Of a stretch of 64,000 nucleotides of DNA, positions 1-11,552 are shown piece by piece. The stretch's first letter is position 1. Every line of letters starts with the position of its first letter. The stretch is from Hormiphora californensis (lineage: Eukaryota; Animalia; Ctenophora): contig CM035351.1 in NCBI GenBank assembly GCA_020137815.1, forward strand, positions 4,712,001-4,776,000, in the 5' to 3' direction. The notes below the pieces were generated by a model that saw only the letters and a program-made list of their open reading frames with translations, had not been told where the DNA came from and did not search any database. The translations under genes were made by a program, and so were the position numbers.

Positions 1-1123
1 TAGGGAGAGAGAAGGGAGATGTTAGTATTGGAACCCGCCCCTCTTCTTTTCTAGGGAAAGAAGGGAGATGTTAGAATCATAGTAATGAAACTCGCCCTTT
101 TTATTTTCTGAGAGAGGGAAAGAGAGAGATGTTTAGTATTAGGTAACGTATGGGAAACCTGCCCTTTATTTTTGTGGGAGATGTTAAGAGATGGGATAGC
201 AAGAATCTAGTAAACAGCTGCTCGATAATCGACTAACGACCTATATGTTAGGGAGAGGGAAAGAGACCCCAGAAGTATGTGTGTTAGGAGGAGGGGGAAA
301 GAGACCCCAGAAAAAGTAAATAAAGATGCAGCCACCTGCAGTAAAGTTAATAAAACAGTACATAAGCTATCAGAATAGTGCAAACATAAAAACGTTCACG
401 AAAAGTATTTAAGTTTGAAAATTACAATCTTGAGAATAAAATAACATGACCTAGAAAAGTTGCTAAACTACAGTCTTCTTACCTGTGCTCATGATGTGTG
501 TGTTGTGTGGGGTAAACGGTAGAATTAGGGAGGAGGAGCCTTTCCGATGCTAAAAACAGAGGTAAGCATAGTGAATTAATCATTTATATATTTGTCACAA
601 AGATGGTATTGACAGGTGATGCAGTGCAGTAGACTGCTAAGTAATATACCAGAATAACTGGTAGATCTAGAGAGAGAGAGAGCGGGGAAGGGCAGACTGT
701 TATTAAAATAAAACATGGTAAAATGATAGAGAAAGAGTCGAAACGATATATAGCAAATACACAAAAACACACACAAACGTAACATACTCCTCCCCTTCCA
801 ACTCAATTAAGCAACTACTGGGCTACACAGCACACCCACCCTACTACATGGGTCACACACACACACACACACACACAGCACACGCACCCTACTACCTGGG
901 TCACATACACACACCCGTGACCCGGCCAACGTCGGTAATGATGTTATATCATGGGCCTGGGGCCATGGATCTCACCACATTCCCACCTCCTTAGTCCCGA
1001 TATAACCAGGGTGTGACGTGCTGTAGTTGCACCCAACTAAAAGCTGTGTATACCAAAACATAGTAGAAACCCGAGTTAATTTTAAAAACACTTTTTTAGC
1101 TCCCTAGGAGCATTTCCACATAA

Positions 1124-1232
1124 CAGGAACCGACCGAATCAAGTAAACAACCAATCAGAACTCGTTATTTAGGTCACGTGACTGGTTATCAGCCAATCAG
1201 GGACCAGTATTTCCTGATTCGGTCGGTTCCTG
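1124..1232 (+). mobile_element. 109-bp MITE family A (hAT-like), full copy
   Basis: TIR CAGGAACCGACCGAATCA; 8-bp target duplication CCACATAA (1116-1123 and 1233-1240). Confidence 0.9.
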
Positions 1233-1301
1233 CCACATAATAATAATTTTACTCGAATAACACTTCACAATAAAAAGGGGTCACGGGGGTTGTAAAACCA
1301 A

Positions 1302-3503
1302 TTACTTGTTTTCATCAAACAGTGCTCGTCCAATGACAATCTTCCTGACCTCGGTGGTCCCTGCTCCGATCTCATACAACTTGGCATCCCGGAGCAACCG
1401 TCCTGCAGCATAGTCATTGATGTACCCATTTCCCCCTAGGATCTGGATGGTGTGCAGGGCACACTTGGTTGCCATCTCAGCTGTGAAGTAGATCACTGCA
1501 GCACAATCTTTGTTGGCAAAGTGCCCGTTATCAGCAGCCCTAGCAGCAGCGTACAGGTAGTTTCGAGATACCCCTGTTAGGGTGTAAATCTGGGCCACCA
1601 TATCCTGGGGAGAGATGAGAATTGAGATGTTAGTACCAATCATAATTCGTTATTTAGGTCACGTGAGTCGTGACTGGTTATCAGCCAATCAGCCGATCAG
1701 GGACCAGTATTTCCTGATTCAGTCGGTTCCTGCTGTAATAAGTAGTTTGCAACTTAGAACCCTGTGCAGCAAAGAAAAAAAGCAAAGAAAGTCGACTAGA
1801 AAGTCGCACGCGACTCGGATGAAACAAGTTGCTATTTCCTAGTCTCGTTGGTAACAGCTGACAGGTGAATAATGCTACTTTCTGATGCCTGATACCACCA
1901 GTAGTAATGGGGTTATATTGTAAAAACCAACCTGAACAAGCTGATAGTTGATGATAGATTTGCCCCATGTTTTCCTCTCGATACTGTACGGTACTGACAC
2001 GTCCAGGCATGCCTGCATTATACCCACGGGACCTGATGACAATACCAATCGTTCCAGATCTAGCCCACTCATTAGCACGTATACACCTGGGGTAGGAGAT
2101 GGTGTGATGATACCATGGGGCAGAGATGGAGTTGTGATCCCCTATCTATTGAGTGGTGAATGGTGATATTTATATCATGGTACAGGGGAAAAAGAACATG
2201 ATGGTAGACAAACTGAGGAAGAGAAGGTATCGGCACAAATTAATAAAAACTAATAAGATCGGTGGGGAGGTGTTTTGACCATTTACAGCTAGCAGTAGCG
2301 GGTGCATTCACTTCCCTAGCTGCACAGAGTGAAGACAAAGGCTTCTCAACTCCATATTGTTTGTCACACAAACAGTTTGTGGTACTATGAGAGACCCTTG
2401 AGTGCGATGTACTCTCTTTAGTCTCTTACCGAGAAGACGGTGCACCCGACACAGCGAGAGGAGGGAGAGATCTCCTGCCCAAGAAAGACCCCAACAAGAA
2501 TATAACATCGGCGAGGAGGGGGGTGATATGTGTCTCATGTGTACCTTTGTTAAGATGACCTAAAACATTCTCCTCAGGCACCTCGCAGTCCTCGAATACA
2601 AGTTCACAGGTGTTCGATCCCCTCATCCCTAACTTATCCAACTTTTGGGCGGTCGAGAATCCTTTGAAATCCTGAGAGGGACTGGTGTTAGCTGTTTTTC
2701 TATTCATTTTTATACTACTGTCAAGGGGTTGAGCAGACAGTCAAGAATCTCAAGAATATGGACATTGGAACACAGTTTCAGGCGACTCAAGGAAATTTCA
2801 GTGGCAAGTACCTTTTCAATGATGAACGCAGTGACACCGTGCTGGTGAGCGGCCATGTCAGTTTTAGCGTACACAATAAGGGTGTCAGCATCAGGGCCAT
2901 TAGTTATCCACATCTTGTTACCGTTCAGCACATACCTGTCACCCACCTGAAACGGTACACTAATAACGACAGCTTGGAGAGATAGGGACAGCTTGGAGAG
3001 GCAGGAACAGGGGCAGGTTGGAGATATAGGGACAGGTTGGAGATATAGGGACAACTACTACAGGTTGAGGAGACATGGACAGGTTGGAGAGACAGGGACA
3101 GGTTGGAGAGACAGGGACAGGTTGGAGAGACAGGGACAGGTTGTAGATACAGGTACGCTGTCATTTTAACTCCTACTATTCCCACGCTGGATCTGTTTTC
3201 AAAATACAGAGCTAAATGAGAGAGCCATAGACAGGAAGAGACAGGTGGTGTGTGGAGAGTGGAGACTGGACGTTTATGGAGCAGGAACCGACCGAATCAG
3301 GAAATACTGGTCCCTGATTGGCTGATAACCAGTCACGTGACATAAATAACGTGTATGGAGATAATTGCAGAGATTCTGCGGAGTTCCAATGTGTGTATTC
3401 TGTAGCAGTCAGCAGAATGATGGTTCACAGTGTTACACAAAAGTAGTAAGTGCATTCGGGGCGGAACTATCAACTATAGTGTGCAAGTGAGAACTGGACA
3501 TAC

Positions 3504-3583
<80 letters not shown>

Positions 3584-4485
3584 GACACTCTAATTGAATT
3601 GTGTATTACACTGTGACGTCATGCTGTACTACTGTCAGACTGTTAGAGAATGAATATATCAATATATATATTACCATGTACCATTATACAGGCTAATGTG
3701 CACACTGTTCAGGCGGAAAAGAGTCGTGTAGAAGATATTTCATTAACTTATGACATGTTCATAGTGTCTTTAAAAACAATTAATTGCCAGCAGTATCCCA
3801 CTCCTAACAAACCTTATCAGCTCTAAGTTTCATTGACACCACATCGGACCCCGCATCAGGTTCCGACATTGCCAGTGCACCAAAGTGTTCCCCCGAACAC
3901 AACTTGGGCAGGTACTTGAGTTTCTGTTCTTCTGTACCATTTCGTACCAGCTGGTTAATACACAGGTTGGAGTGGGCACCGTAACTGAGACCGATGGCTG
4001 CTGAGGCTCGGCTGAGTTCCTCCATCACTAAGCAGTGAGCCATGTAGCCCATATTGACACCTGAGGGGATAGTTGGAAATTATACAGGGCCAGGGAATCT
4101 TCCACTGATTCCCAAGGGATGACTTGTGAGCGGGTAGAACGGAGTTATTAGGAAGTAGAAGGAGTCAAAACGGAGTAAAACTCTGTAGGGAGCAGTCTGC
4201 AGTACTAATTTTCTCACCTCCGTACTCCTCAGGACAGGTTATCCCATGGAATCCCATCTCGCCACATTTCTTCCAAAACTCCCTCAGCTGTGAGAAATTG
4301 TTGTCCCGATCAATTTCGTATGCGTGGGGAGCCAGCTCTGCCTGGGCGAATGACTTGGCGGTCTCCCTGAGTTGAATTTGGTCCTCAGTTAGGCCATTGA
4401 GAGCGTCATCGATAGAGAGCACTGCCATTCCCCGTCTGAGGCAGCCACCGGATAGGGCTGTAGTTCGCCTTAGTGCTTGTAACAT
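1302..4485 (-). CDS. IVD: Isovaleryl-CoA dehydrogenase, mitochondrial; 6 exons: 4485-4218, 4060-3813, 2946-2812, 2671-2545, 2086-1932, 1604-1302
   Basis: Spliced exons give acyl-CoA dehydrogenase motifs [59 protein letters not shown] (IVD-type catalytic Glu position) and [11 protein letters not shown]. Arg-rich N-terminal transit peptide. GT-AG phases are consistent. Confidence 0.95.
1635..1732 (+). mobile_element. MITE family A, partial copy in IVD intron
   Basis: Matches the internal part and right TIR of the 1124-1232 element. Confidence 0.8.
2971..3150. repeat. About 19-bp minisatellite (GGGACAGGTTGGAGAGACA) in IVD intron
   Basis: Tandem degenerate units read directly. Confidence 0.85.
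3282..3351 (-). mobile_element. MITE family A, truncated inverted copy
   Basis: Reverse complement of the right two-thirds of the family A element. Confidence 0.8.
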
Positions 4486-4561
4486 CTCTACAACACAGTT
4501 AACACACATTTATTATTAGTAGGCCATTATTAGATTACATAAAACAAATTTCGCTGTAAAA

Positions 4562-5029
4562 TTATAAAACAAAGTTTAAAAGAATCATCTCGAGCCGTTT
4601 GATAGTGTTTGTAAGCGTCAATTGAGCAAGTTTTTCATCAGTGTAGATAATGGTCGTACTCTCAAAAGTTTTGGCCAAAGACGCGAAAATGTGTGTATCA
4701 ATCTTATTATGAAGATCAGTTAGATTCTGTTTTTGAAGCTCATATATTTTCTGATGATACACTCTTAAGTGTTGAAGATAATCCACCTTTAATTTCTCCA
4801 TTAATTGTCCATTAACAGATTCCGAGAATTGAGGACTAATGAGATCCTGGTACGCTTGTTTGGTGAGAGTATGGTCCAGGTAGGGTACAATATCGGGACC
4901 GGGAACTGAAGGTTGTTTTCGTTGGGATTCTGTGAGGATCTTTTGGTAGTGTTCAAGGTTTTCCTTGATTTGTTGGACGGTCCCTCTGAGGGAGTCGAGC
5001 GTTGCTACAACAACGGCACTCACCACCAT
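4562..5029 (-). CDS. Orphan 155-aa helical protein (MVVSAVVVATLDSLRG...), or the last exon of an unrecognised gene
   Basis: Complex-composition ORF; ATG directly follows TTATTTTATAG; AATAAA lies 47 nt after the stop. No family recognised. Confidence 0.55.
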   Translation of the reverse strand: MVVSAVVVATLDSLRGTVQQIKENLEHYQKILTESQRKQPSVPGPDIVPYLDHTLTKQAYQDLISPQFSESVNGQLMEKLKVDYLQHLRVYHQKIYELQKQNLTDLHNKIDTHIFASLAKTFESTTIIYTDEKLAQLTLTNTIKRLEMILLNFVL

Positions 5030-5526
5030 ACTATAAAATAACGGTGGTTTAAGTTTAAGTTTAAGTTTAAGTTTACGCACAATTTATCACAAAGTCACAC
5101 AATTAATATATAACTTCGTCCCGCTCTTACACCATACACTAATAAAGTGATACAAGGCTGAGAGGTGAAAATATACAGTTCACATCAGCGGTTTCCTAAA
5201 GCGGTTTAAACAATACTTAGAGACAGTGATACACATCCTAGTAGCATTAGATGCACAAAATACGAGGAACAAGGGGTTATAGAAAACAAGGTAACGAACT
5301 AACAAAACAAGCAGACAAACATAAAAACAGATTAAACAGAATACACAAAGTCACAGACGCAAAACACAACATCAGCAGTCAATACAAAACGGTTAATACA
5401 AAAACATACTAACACACGTACAAACACATTCACAGACAAACAGACAATCACAAACACATACACACAGATTCGGTAATAAATAAATAATAAATTAGCTGTC
5501 CTTCAAACACACACTCACTGAAGAGT

Positions 5527-5665
5527 CCTTGACAAGTTTTTTATCGAGAAAAACGTATTGAGAAAAACGGTATCCTTGACAAGTTTTTTATCGAGAAAAA
5601 CGTATTGAGAAAAACGGTATCCTTGACAAGTTTTTTATCGAGAAAAACGTATTGAGAAAAACGGT
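5527..5665. repeat. Three tandem copies of a ~47-bp unit
   Basis: TCCTTGACAAGTTTTTTATCGAGAAAAACGTATTGAGAAAAACGGT repeated three times. Confidence 0.9.
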
Positions 5666-5901
5666 GTGTATGGTCTTCTTTCTTCATTCTTCGGCATAAA
5701 ACTCAGCCAGTCTGGAACCTCAGCTACTCAAACTCTGCTAAACAACTCAGAGGCCAGAAAATGTTAACAATTAAGAAAGTTTGCCAGGCAATTAAGAGAG
5801 TCATGGCGGCGATAAGAGATGACTGATGACAGATGAACCATCAGACAGGACTCAAGAGAGTTAAAAAACTTTAAAGAAAGGTCGACGAAAATCGGAAATT
5901 T

Positions 5902-6245
5902 TGTTGGCAAACGTTGCTGGCCCCCGATAGCAGCGCGGGATAAGGCAGCGCTTTTCAAGAAATTTTGAAAACCGCCGGTCAAAAATTTCAGGATTTGTTC
6001 AAGAGACATATATTTTATTTATGCACTGCATTTCTAATTTTAAACGTAACGCGCCAGCTTTGTTGCATTACCGTTGCCATGTCATGGCGCGCGTCTCTAA
6101 AATTAAAGCGCCGCGCGTTGTATCGCGTTCGCGTTTTGTTGCCCTTTTTTGTTCCATTTTTCACAACTGAAAACTTGGCAGAGACAGCTGACTTGAAAAG
6201 CGCTGCCTTATCCCGCTATCGGGGGCCAGCAACGTTTGCCAAACA
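5902..6245. mobile_element. Inverted-repeat (MITE-like) element
   Basis: About 55-bp arms at 5902-5959 and 6192-6245 (GGCAAACGTTGCTGGCCCCCGATAGC...CTTTTCAAG); weaker outer IR CAGGACTCA/TGAGTCCTG. Confidence 0.65.
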
Positions 6246-7561
6246 GCTGACTGACAGCTGACTGGCTCCTTCAGAAACAGCCTGAGTCCTGACTGTTAAC
6301 CCAGTGCTTTTAGTGGTATTTTGTATCTTTTTAGTGGCTAATTACTTGAAAAATTGAAAATCGTGCTGACGTGCTTGGATTGGGTGGTTCGCCGTTCGAG
6401 CAAAGGGTGGATGGCAGATGGATAGCTGAAAAAAAGTAAAAACTAAAAAGGACCCAAGAACGGCGGAGTCCGGGCGGACGGTTCAAGTCTCCACCAGACT
6501 TCCAAGAATGTTCTGGTTTTCAAGAAATCTGCTTGATTAGGACGTACATAAGTGGCGAATGGAGATTACTTCTTAAACATATTTTATTAATGTTATAAAA
6601 AGGAAGACGTTTTGACCTTTTCGCTGAATGATTTCACTCTTATTTAATATCTTATAACAGCACTTTAAGAATTTAATCAGTAGCGATATGTATACAAGAT
6701 TTAATAACAGTAAATAATAATGGTCATGTTTTCCTCGTCATTTTTTCCACGTACCTTGATTATGTCAATGCCTCGATTGTTTTTAAAATTTGAGTAGCTT
6801 ATTTAGAAGTGATCATTTCTCATTCATTGCCTCTCTTTCTCAGCCTCTTATATCAATTCTCTCTCCCCGTGGTTTGTAAAATTTGAGTTGCTTATTTAGA
6901 AGTGATATGTTCTTGTTAAAATGTGTCGGGGAGAATACGCCCTCAGCCCTGGACTGACATTAAAATCGCATTTTACCCGTATAGTAGCATTATGTTTCAT
7001 TTAATTATACTGATCCTACTTGGTATCTCTGCCAGTGAGGAGTGGACTGCAAACTTTGAAGAACGAGGTTTGTTGTGTGATCAGTTATATTAAATTCTCT
7101 GGGGTCAAAATCACAGATATATCTAGAAGAGATAGATAGATGATATAATTTCACAGATATTGGTTTTCGGGGGGAAACCAGACACCAAAAAACTACCGCT
7201 CTGCTTCTCTGGGTGATCCATTAAAACTCGAATATAAAGTGAGTTACAGTGCTGGTGCCTTCTTTCACACACCACCGTGCTCGAGATCTAATCCCGAATT
7301 CTATTTGCCACCCTCACTCGCTCACTCCCCCTTTACTGAACACCATCATGAGCATTTCCCCCTACGTGGGTTGTGGTGACCAAGGGATAGGGAGAGAGAG
7401 AAAAGAGAGATCACAGGGAATAAGGTGGAGAGAGATGGGGCGGCCTTTATCTTGTATTATTCCCCACGTGGGCCCGGAAAACTCTTGACAGGTCGTGTCT
7501 GCGTGGAGCGTTGTACCCTGCAATTCACTTGTTCACTGTGCCAACAACCAGTGTGTACAGT

Positions 7562-7615
<54 letters not shown>

Positions 7616-8440
7616 CCACAGCTCTTCCTCGTTTCCTGGCGCTCCTCTCTTCCTCTCTCTTCTCTCTTCTCCGTCTCTGTGCCTTCCTTCTCTCCTCTAA
7701 CATTTTCCTCTTCTCCTCCTCTTTCTCTCTCTCCTTCTCTTCTCTCCCGATCTTTTATTTTCTCTCACCTGTTCTATCGTTCCTTCTTTCCGGAAGATGA
7801 GGGTTCGTGCTGGCACTCGCTGCGTCGGGGTCTGCATTTACTTCCAGGGGGTGACCGGGTTGTGGTCAACACAATTGCTCCCTCTCTCTCCACGACTTTG
7901 TTCTGCTTTGTCCTTTCAATGTGTGGTCTTCTCGCCTCCTTCTCGTGTGTTTCGGTCGGAAGGAGAAGGGGACTACCAGTTGCATGGCATTTTCCTTTCC
8001 CCTCTGGCTTTCGTTTCGGTTTTAGCCCCTCCCGCACAAAGACAAAGGAGAATTTTGTGGCCCCGGGTTTTTAGTTGTGAAAAAACACATCGTTTGTCGG
8101 TCACCTGCTTTATGGCAGTGATATACGTGGTGGGCTATTATATCAATTTCACATGGTGCTTGATGTCTTCAATCGCGCAGACAGACTGGGCTCCATCTGT
8201 GTGTGTGTAGGTTATAGTGTGAACTATGGGGAGCATGTCAGGGGGGGGGAGTTTCTAATCAGAGAGATGTAAATTAATAAACTGGAGGGGTATGGCGTTT
8301 TTGCCCCCTCTCTTCATTCGACATTATTAACATTTCCCTTCTCTCTCTCTCTCTGACTTGATTCATATACACGCCCAATCGGTTGAAGCAAGGCAAATCG
8401 GGTATTGTTCTTCCCATCGCTCACTGTCAATAATCGTGGA

Positions 8441-8549
8441 CAGGAACCGACCGAAACAAGTAAACAACCAATCAGAACTCGTTATTTAGGTCACGTGAAT
8501 GGTCATCAGCCAATCAGGGACTAGTATTTCCTGATTCGGTCGGTTCCTG
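8441..8549 (+). mobile_element. MITE family A, full copy
   Basis: Both TIRs present; 11-bp flanking duplication ATAATCGTGGA. Confidence 0.9.
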
Positions 8550-8691
8550 ATAATCGTGGACAAAACAAACATCGAATCTGGCCTAATTACAGATCCCAAG
8601 GTGCAGCAGCTCCGATCTGTTAACGAGAATGGGATTAGGGAAAGTAAACAAAAATCGGTTTAAGGAAAACACGATAATTGCCATAACTTAC

Positions 8692-8791
8692 NNNNNNNNN
8701 NNNNNNNNNNNNNNNNNNNNNNNNNNNNNNNNNNNNNNNNNNNNNNNNNNNNNNNNNNNNNNNNNNNNNNNNNNNNNNNNNNNNNNNNNNN
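8692..8791. other. Assembly gap (100 N), followed by low-quality homopolymer-inflated sequence in patches to about 17200
   Basis: N run; G/A/T/C run-inflated sequence in 8950-9450 and 12700-17200. Confidence 0.95.
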
Positions 8792-10982
8792 GTTTTGTTT
8801 TTTGGAAGGGTTCAGGCCCTGCGTGTTGACACGGTTTTGGGAAATTTTCGTCAAAGTAAACTGTCACATACACGCACAGTGAATACCCACACATGTCATC
8901 ATTCACACTAATGAAACGGGGAGTGGGGTGGAGCACTTTAAATAGCGGCCACTCACCTTTCCAGAATCTATAACCAGCTATCGCGGGGGGAATGCCAATA
9001 CTTCAAAAAAAAAATTTTCCCCCTAAAAAGGCCCATTTTAACCCCCTTGGGAAGGAAAAGGGGAAAGGTATATTTAAAACCCAAAAAAGGCCCGGTGAAA
9101 AATTTAAATAAAGGGAAGGGGGGCGTTTTTTGGGGGTTTTCTATAAGCATCTTAGTGGCCCGGGTTTTATTTTTTAAAAGGGGAATTTTTTGAAACTTTT
9201 CTTCTTTTTTTTCCCCTTTCTTTCTTCCCTCTCTCCTTTTTTTTTTTTTTCCCCCCCTTCCCTTTTTATTTTCCTTTTTTCTTATTTTCCCTTTCCCCCT
9301 CCCCCCCCCCTTTTTTCCCCTTTTTGCCCCCTTTTTTCCCCCCCCCCTTTCCCCCCTTCTCTTTTCCTTCTTCTCTCTTCTCTCTTTTTCTCTCCTCTCC
9401 TCTCCTTCTCCCCCTTTCCTCTTTTCCCTCCCCTCTTTTTCCATCACCAACTGTAAATTTCCAATCCCCACTTTTCAATTTCCGTACTCGTCGCTCAAAT
9501 TTTGATTTTCCGTATGGGAAGCCCCCCAGAGTCCAGACAGGACTAGAGGGAGGGAGAGAGAGGAAAGAGAAATAGATAGATAAATAGAGAGAGAACTATG
9601 TAGCGCACCTTGAGATATATAGGGTAGATAGAGAGGGGGCCGGTGTTCTCTGGTGACTACCCTCCTAAATCACGTGACCCATACACACACAAGGGGTGCA
9701 CTTGTTGTCCATTTGGTAGTAGTTAATGGTTCATTATGAGCTGAGTAGTGTAGTTTAGATGGAAAGAGAGTGGGGCTAAAACAAGAGAGACAGAGAGGCT
9801 GCTGCTCTGAACTCTGTAGTAGGGGGGCCAGGTGCAAAGCGAGACCGATTTCCATTCTTCTCCTCACATCGTTACGGCTCGATCCAACATTCTCTATATG
9901 ATCTAATCACCCCACTCTCTCTCTCCATTCTTTTACACCAATCTCTCTCTCTCTCTCCATTTTTTCAACACTCTCTCTTTCTCCCTCACACAACTGTGGA
10001 AACAATGCCGTCAGTGGTTTGCGAGTAGGTAGTGTGGTGTGTTTTCACCCCCCCCCCCACTTGACCCTTTTGTTACAACTCGAGACGGAGTAGAAATTAA
10101 CTGACTTTCACACTTTTCAAATTCTTCTTTCATTCCCTTCCAAGTGCATTCTCCTTTCACCCCCCCCCCCCTAATTTCTTTTCCTCTGTCTAGAGCTCTA
10201 TAACTATTAATTTCTCTCTCCCTCTCTCTTTTGGCTCCCTTGCGGCGGAAAGGGGGCCTGAATTGCCGACACACACATTGTCCTTAGCATATATCAACTA
10301 CCCCTTCTTAGCTCCCTTCAAAACATACTCTAGGACCAATGAGTAGCTTGGCACACCGGGCGAAAGAGAGAAATAGAGGGGCAGTGATAGCTGAGAGAGA
10401 GAGAACAGAGAGAGAGAGAACAGAGAGGGAGGGTCGTTGTGGGAAGTATATCGAGAAACTGACAAGATAAGAAATGATCTAGAAAGTTTAGTGGTTAGAG
10501 GGTGGTTAGATCAGGGTGGGGAGAGGGGTGGTTAGAAGGGTGGGGAGAGAAAGTGATATGACGATAGTGACACAATGAAAGTTCATAGTTGGGATGGGAA
10601 GGCAATATCTCTCATCTCGAATATATATGAAAGAAATACCATCTTTTGTTCAATATCTTTCATATCTCTGTGACAGTTAAGCTTCATATTAGCACTCATC
10701 AGGCACTGAGAGAGATAGAGAGATAGATAAAGAAATGGTAATGAGAATGCACCGTTTTGCTTCTCCATTCCCAACAAGGATAAAACGATAGTGATGCGAT
10801 GGATAAAATATGAAGTTCAATATCATATATCATTTCTCTCGATAACTCCCAATAAATATCTATCATTAACCCCTTTCTCTGTCAAACCGTGGCACATACT
10901 TGGCCAGGATACATGGTGTGTAACATAGAGTGACAAATGTTAGCACGGGGATGATCTAAAAAAAAACCCCTTTCTCCCTCAG

Positions 10983-11475
10983 AAACCTAAAAACTGGGAG
11001 CATTCTCTGTTCGTTCACCATCGCTACAATTGATAATGCCTTCCGAGGACCCTACCTAACCTTTGACTCGATTGAGAGGAAATATGTATCGGCTGAAAAC
11101 ACCCCTTTCCTCGTAAGTAACATCATATCTGATCAGGTACTGAGGTACCTGCCAAGGCCCCCGGAATTCGCCAAACAAGGTGTATTTTGTTGAGTAAGGG
11201 GGGGGATTACTCAACAAGGCGTAGTTGGGGAGGGGGTCAAGTACAGCTGCTGTCCCAGATTTAGCCCAAAAGGATTTGTTGAGGGTATCAATCTTGAGGG
11301 AGTGTGAGAAAGAAAGGGGGAAAGATCGTGTCGCAACTTTGCCAAACCACAACTATACCCTTCGTCATCGTGTTATTATAGCACTGGTGGGTGTGAGCAA
11401 TTGGTATTATAAAGTGAGGGAGATGATTTAATCATATGCAACTTGCAAGCGATGGGGATATGTCCTGAGACATAA

Positions 11476-11552
<77 letters not shown>

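Noticed and set aside
5510-5675. CTGAAGAGTCC as another hammerhead, or the 47-bp repeats as a CRISPR array
   Set aside because: The 3' strand of stem II (GGAC-GAAA) is absent, and the repeats have no spacers
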